DNA of 63,701 nucleotides. Source: Candidatus Planktophila sp. GTDB lineage: Bacteria > Actinomycetota > Actinomycetes > Nanopelagicales > Nanopelagicaceae. The notes beneath the pieces are model-generated. The model saw only the letters and a list, made by a program, of their open reading frames with translations, made no database searches and was not told the DNA's origin. Location: NCBI GenBank assembly GCA_964201645.1, contig CAXNEB010000001.1, forward strand, positions 1 through 63,701. The letters are read 5' to 3'. Positions within the stretch are counted from its first letter, which is position 1. Every line of letters begins with the position of its first letter. Of this stretch, positions 61,059 to 63,701 are shown in pieces. Both the position numbers and the translations under genes were made by a program.

Positions 61059-63596
61059 ATGCGTCGCGCTCTTCGCCGAGCAAGCGATGCCGCAACTCTA
61101 AATATTGATGAAATTTCTGTCCTGCTATCTGCTCGCGATGAAGCGCTAACTCAATTATGCGAGGCCGCCGCACGGGTTCGCGATGCTGGGTTACTTGAAC
61201 TTGATCGGCCAGGTGTCATTACTTACTCACCTAAAGTTTTCATTCCGCTAACTCGTCTATGTCGTGACCGTTGCCATTACTGCACCTTTGCCACGACCCC
61301 TAATCATTTGCCGGCTGCCTATTTAGAAATTTCCCAAGTGGTTGAGATTGCGAAAGCGGGCGCAAAGGCTGGCTGTCTCGAGGCGCTGTTCACATTAGGT
61401 GATCGCCCCGAAGATCGTTGGGATGTCGCCGCAGAGTGGTTATCTGAACGCGGATACTCCTCAACTTTGGATTACTTGCGCGCTTGCGCAATTGCAGTTC
61501 TCGAAGAAACTGGTTTGTTGCCACATTTAAATCCTGGCGTGATGAGCTTTGAAGAGATGTCTAGATTGCGGCCAGTGGCTGCCAGCATGGGCATGATGCT
61601 GGAAACTTCCTCAGCAAGGCTGTTTACTGAAAAAGGCGAAGTTCACTTCGGTAGCCCAGATAAAGATCCAGCGGTAAGACTGCGCACGATTGAAGATGCC
61701 GGAAAACTTAGTATTCCATTTACTACCGGAATCTTGGTTGGCATCGGCGAAACAATTGCTGAGCGTGCTGATTCACTATTGAAGATGGCAGAAATTGCTA
61801 AAACTTATGGACATATTCAAGAAATCATTATTCAGAATTTCCGTGCTAAAGAAGATACCGCAATGCGAAATTCGCCAGATGCCGATCGCCAGGAATATTT
61901 AGCTTGCATTGCAGTTGCTAGATTGATCTTTGGACCACGCATGCGAATTCAAGCACCACCGAATTTATCTGAGCCGGCTGAGTTTGCTGAACTAATTTCT
62001 GCCGGAATTGATGACTGGGGTGGGGTTTCACCAATTACTGCCGATCATGTAAATCCTGAGCGACCATGGCCTGAAATTGAACTCTTAGCGCAGCAAAGTA
62101 AGTTGGCTGGTTTTGAATTAAAACCACGGTTAACAATTTATTCAAAATATGTTCTCTCGCCAGAACGCTGGGTTGATCCAAAGATGAAGAGCTACATCGC
62201 CGCTTTAGCTGACTCTTCCGGGCTCGCAAAAGCAAAGATAATTCCAGTTGGTATGCCGTGGCAGGAGAGCGGTGAAAGTCTGCAAAGTCTGGGCCGCACT
62301 GATTTAGGTAATTCAATTGATACGACTGGTCGCGAAGCTGATTCCCGCTCTGATTTTGATTCAATTTATGGAAATTGGCAGAGCATTTCGGAAAAACTAA
62401 AGTCACTTGATACTTCTAATTCGGCCTTCATAAAATCGTCATTCATAGCAGCCCTTACCAAGGTTGTGGAAAATCCCCGGTCAATAAGTAGGTCAGAGGC
62501 CCTGACTCTCTTTGCCGCCGATGGTCCAGAGCTAGAACTATTAGTAAAGGCTGCTGATGAAAAGCGCGCAGAACTTGTTGGCGATGATGTGACATATGTA
62601 GTTAATCGAAATATTAACTTCACAAATGTTTGTTATACCGGCTGCCGATTCTGCGCCTTTGCCCAACGTAAAACGGATGCTGATTCTTATCTGCTATCTA
62701 TCGATGAGATTAAATCTAGAGTTAACGAAGCTTGGCTACTTGGTGCAAATGAAGTCTGTATGCAGGCCGGAATTCACCCTGATTTATCTGGTGATATTTA
62801 TTTCGAGGTTGCAAAAGCAGTTAAAGAGGTTGCGCCAGATATGCATATACATGCTTTCTCGCCAATGGAAATTTTTAGCGGCTCGATCAAACTCGGCATT
62901 ACTTATAGAGAATGGCTAGAGCGAGCAAAAGCTGCTGGGCTTGGCACAATTCCGGGCACGGCTGCTGAAATTTTAGATGATGAGATTCGCTGGATTCTGA
63001 CTAAAGGAAAGTTGCCGGCAAAAGCTTGGCTAGAGATTGTGCGCGAAGCTCATCTACTTGGCATTAAATCTTCAGCAACCATAATGTATGGCCACGTTGA
63101 TAATGAATCGCATTGGTATGACCACATTCTCACCATTAGAAATTTGCAAGATGAGACAGGTGGATTTACTGAATTTGTGCCACTGCCATTTGTACATTAC
63201 TCATCGCCAATTTATTTAGCTGGCGTTGCCAGACCTGGCCCAACAGTTCGTGAAAATCGAGTTGTGCATGCAATGGCGAGATTGTTATTAGCTGGTTCAA
63301 TAAACAATATTCAATGTTCTTGGGTTAAGTTAGGTTTAAATGGCCCCGATGGCGTTCTTTCATTATTAGCTGGTGGCGTTAATGACATCGGTGGCACCTT
63401 GATGGAAGAAACCATCAGTCGAATGGCGGGCAGCACAAATGGCTCACTTCGCACCGTTGCTGAATTAGAGGAGATCGCGCAATTAGCTAACCGCCCTGCG
63501 CGCCAGCGAACTACTACTTATGGCCCAGTTTCAGCTGATCGCGAGGCCATCTCTCGCCGTGCTAACGTTAAGCAATTGTTTCCGGGGTCGGTGTAA
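61059..63596 (+). CDS. fbiC: bifunctional FO (deazaflavin) synthase, CofG-CofH fusion
   Basis: two radical-SAM motifs CRDRCHYC and CYTGCRFC; [32 protein letters not shown]. Confidence 0.95.
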   Translation: MRRALRRASDAATLNIDEISVLLSARDEALTQLCEAAARVRDAGLLELDRPGVITYSPKVFIPLTRLCRDRCHYCTFATTPNHLPAAYLEISQVVEIAKAGAKAGCLEALFTLGDRPEDRWDVAAEWLSERGYSSTLDYLRACAIAVLEETGLLPHLNPGVMSFEEMSRLRPVAASMGMMLETSSARLFTEKGEVHFGSPDKDPAVRLRTIEDAGKLSIPFTTGILVGIGETIAERADSLLKMAEIAKTYGHIQEIIIQNFRAKEDTAMRNSPDADRQEYLACIAVARLIFGPRMRIQAPPNLSEPAEFAELISAGIDDWGGVSPITADHVNPERPWPEIELLAQQSKLAGFELKPRLTIYSKYVLSPERWVDPKMKSYIAALADSSGLAKAKIIPVGMPWQESGESLQSLGRTDLGNSIDTTGREADSRSDFDSIYGNWQSISEKLKSLDTSNSAFIKSSFIAALTKVVENPRSISRSEALTLFAADGPELELLVKAADEKRAELVGDDVTYVVNRNINFTNVCYTGCRFCAFAQRKTDADSYLLSIDEIKSRVNEAWLLGANEVCMQAGIHPDLSGDIYFEVAKAVKEVAPDMHIHAFSPMEIFSGSIKLGITYREWLERAKAAGLGTIPGTAAEILDDEIRWILTKGKLPAKAWLEIVREAHLLGIKSSATIMYGHVDNESHWYDHILTIRNLQDETGGFTEFVPLPFVHYSSPIYLAGVARPGPTVRENRVVHAMARLLLAGSINNIQCSWVKLGLNGPDGVLSLLAGGVNDIGGTLMEETISRMAGSTNGSLRTVAELEEIAQLANRPARQRTTTYGPVSADREAISRRANVKQLFPGSV

Positions 63597-63701
63597 TTCC
63601 GAACCGGCAGTGAAAGTCTGCGACCCGAACGCATCCAGCGCTCGGTGGACTTGGTGTAATTCCAAGACCGACGGTTAAAGTCCGGATGAGAGGAAACATT
63701 A
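63575..63701 (+). ncRNA. FMN riboswitch (RFN element) aptamer; regulated gene lies beyond the window
   Basis: GGGGTCGGTGTAATTCCGAACCGGCAGTGAAAGTCTGCGA...GGTGTAATTCC..ACCGACGGTTAAAGTCCGGATGAGAGGAAACA; P1 TGTTTC/GAAACA. Confidence 0.93.

Overview
This is a 63.7-kb gene-dense chromosomal segment (GC roughly mid-40s % by eye) from a streamlined actinobacterium. Gene order and content (whiB1/whiB2, mtrAB, pdtaS, mshB, DUF3117/DUF3107/DUF3499, Rv3235-like, fbiC) suggest a freshwater acI / Ca. Nanopelagicales-type genome; this assignment is inference. It holds about 68 CDS, mostly core housekeeping (purKE, dapC/dapD, pepA, htrA-tatB-mrp, cysS, ahcY, secA, msrAB, metB, argG), plus tRNA-Arg(CCG) and an FMN riboswitch at the right edge. 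I found no mobile elements, CRISPR or defence genes. The main points of interest are in non-coding and translational signals: (i) a pseudoknotted leader upstream of an atypical short ahcY, with SAH-riboswitch-like topology but not its consensus sequence; (ii) dapC has no canonical start codon and sits in frame behind the fdxA UAG; (iii) the FMN riboswitch and its likely promoter overlap the last codons of fbiC; (iv) TANNNT-N6/7-start leaderless promoters are pervasive; (v) there is an unannotated 49-aa membrane microprotein and a stand-alone sigma region-4 mini-protein; (vi) sigE-rseA, lpqB, long hpf and fbiAB are absent from their usual loci. All family calls rest on motif recognition, not database searches.
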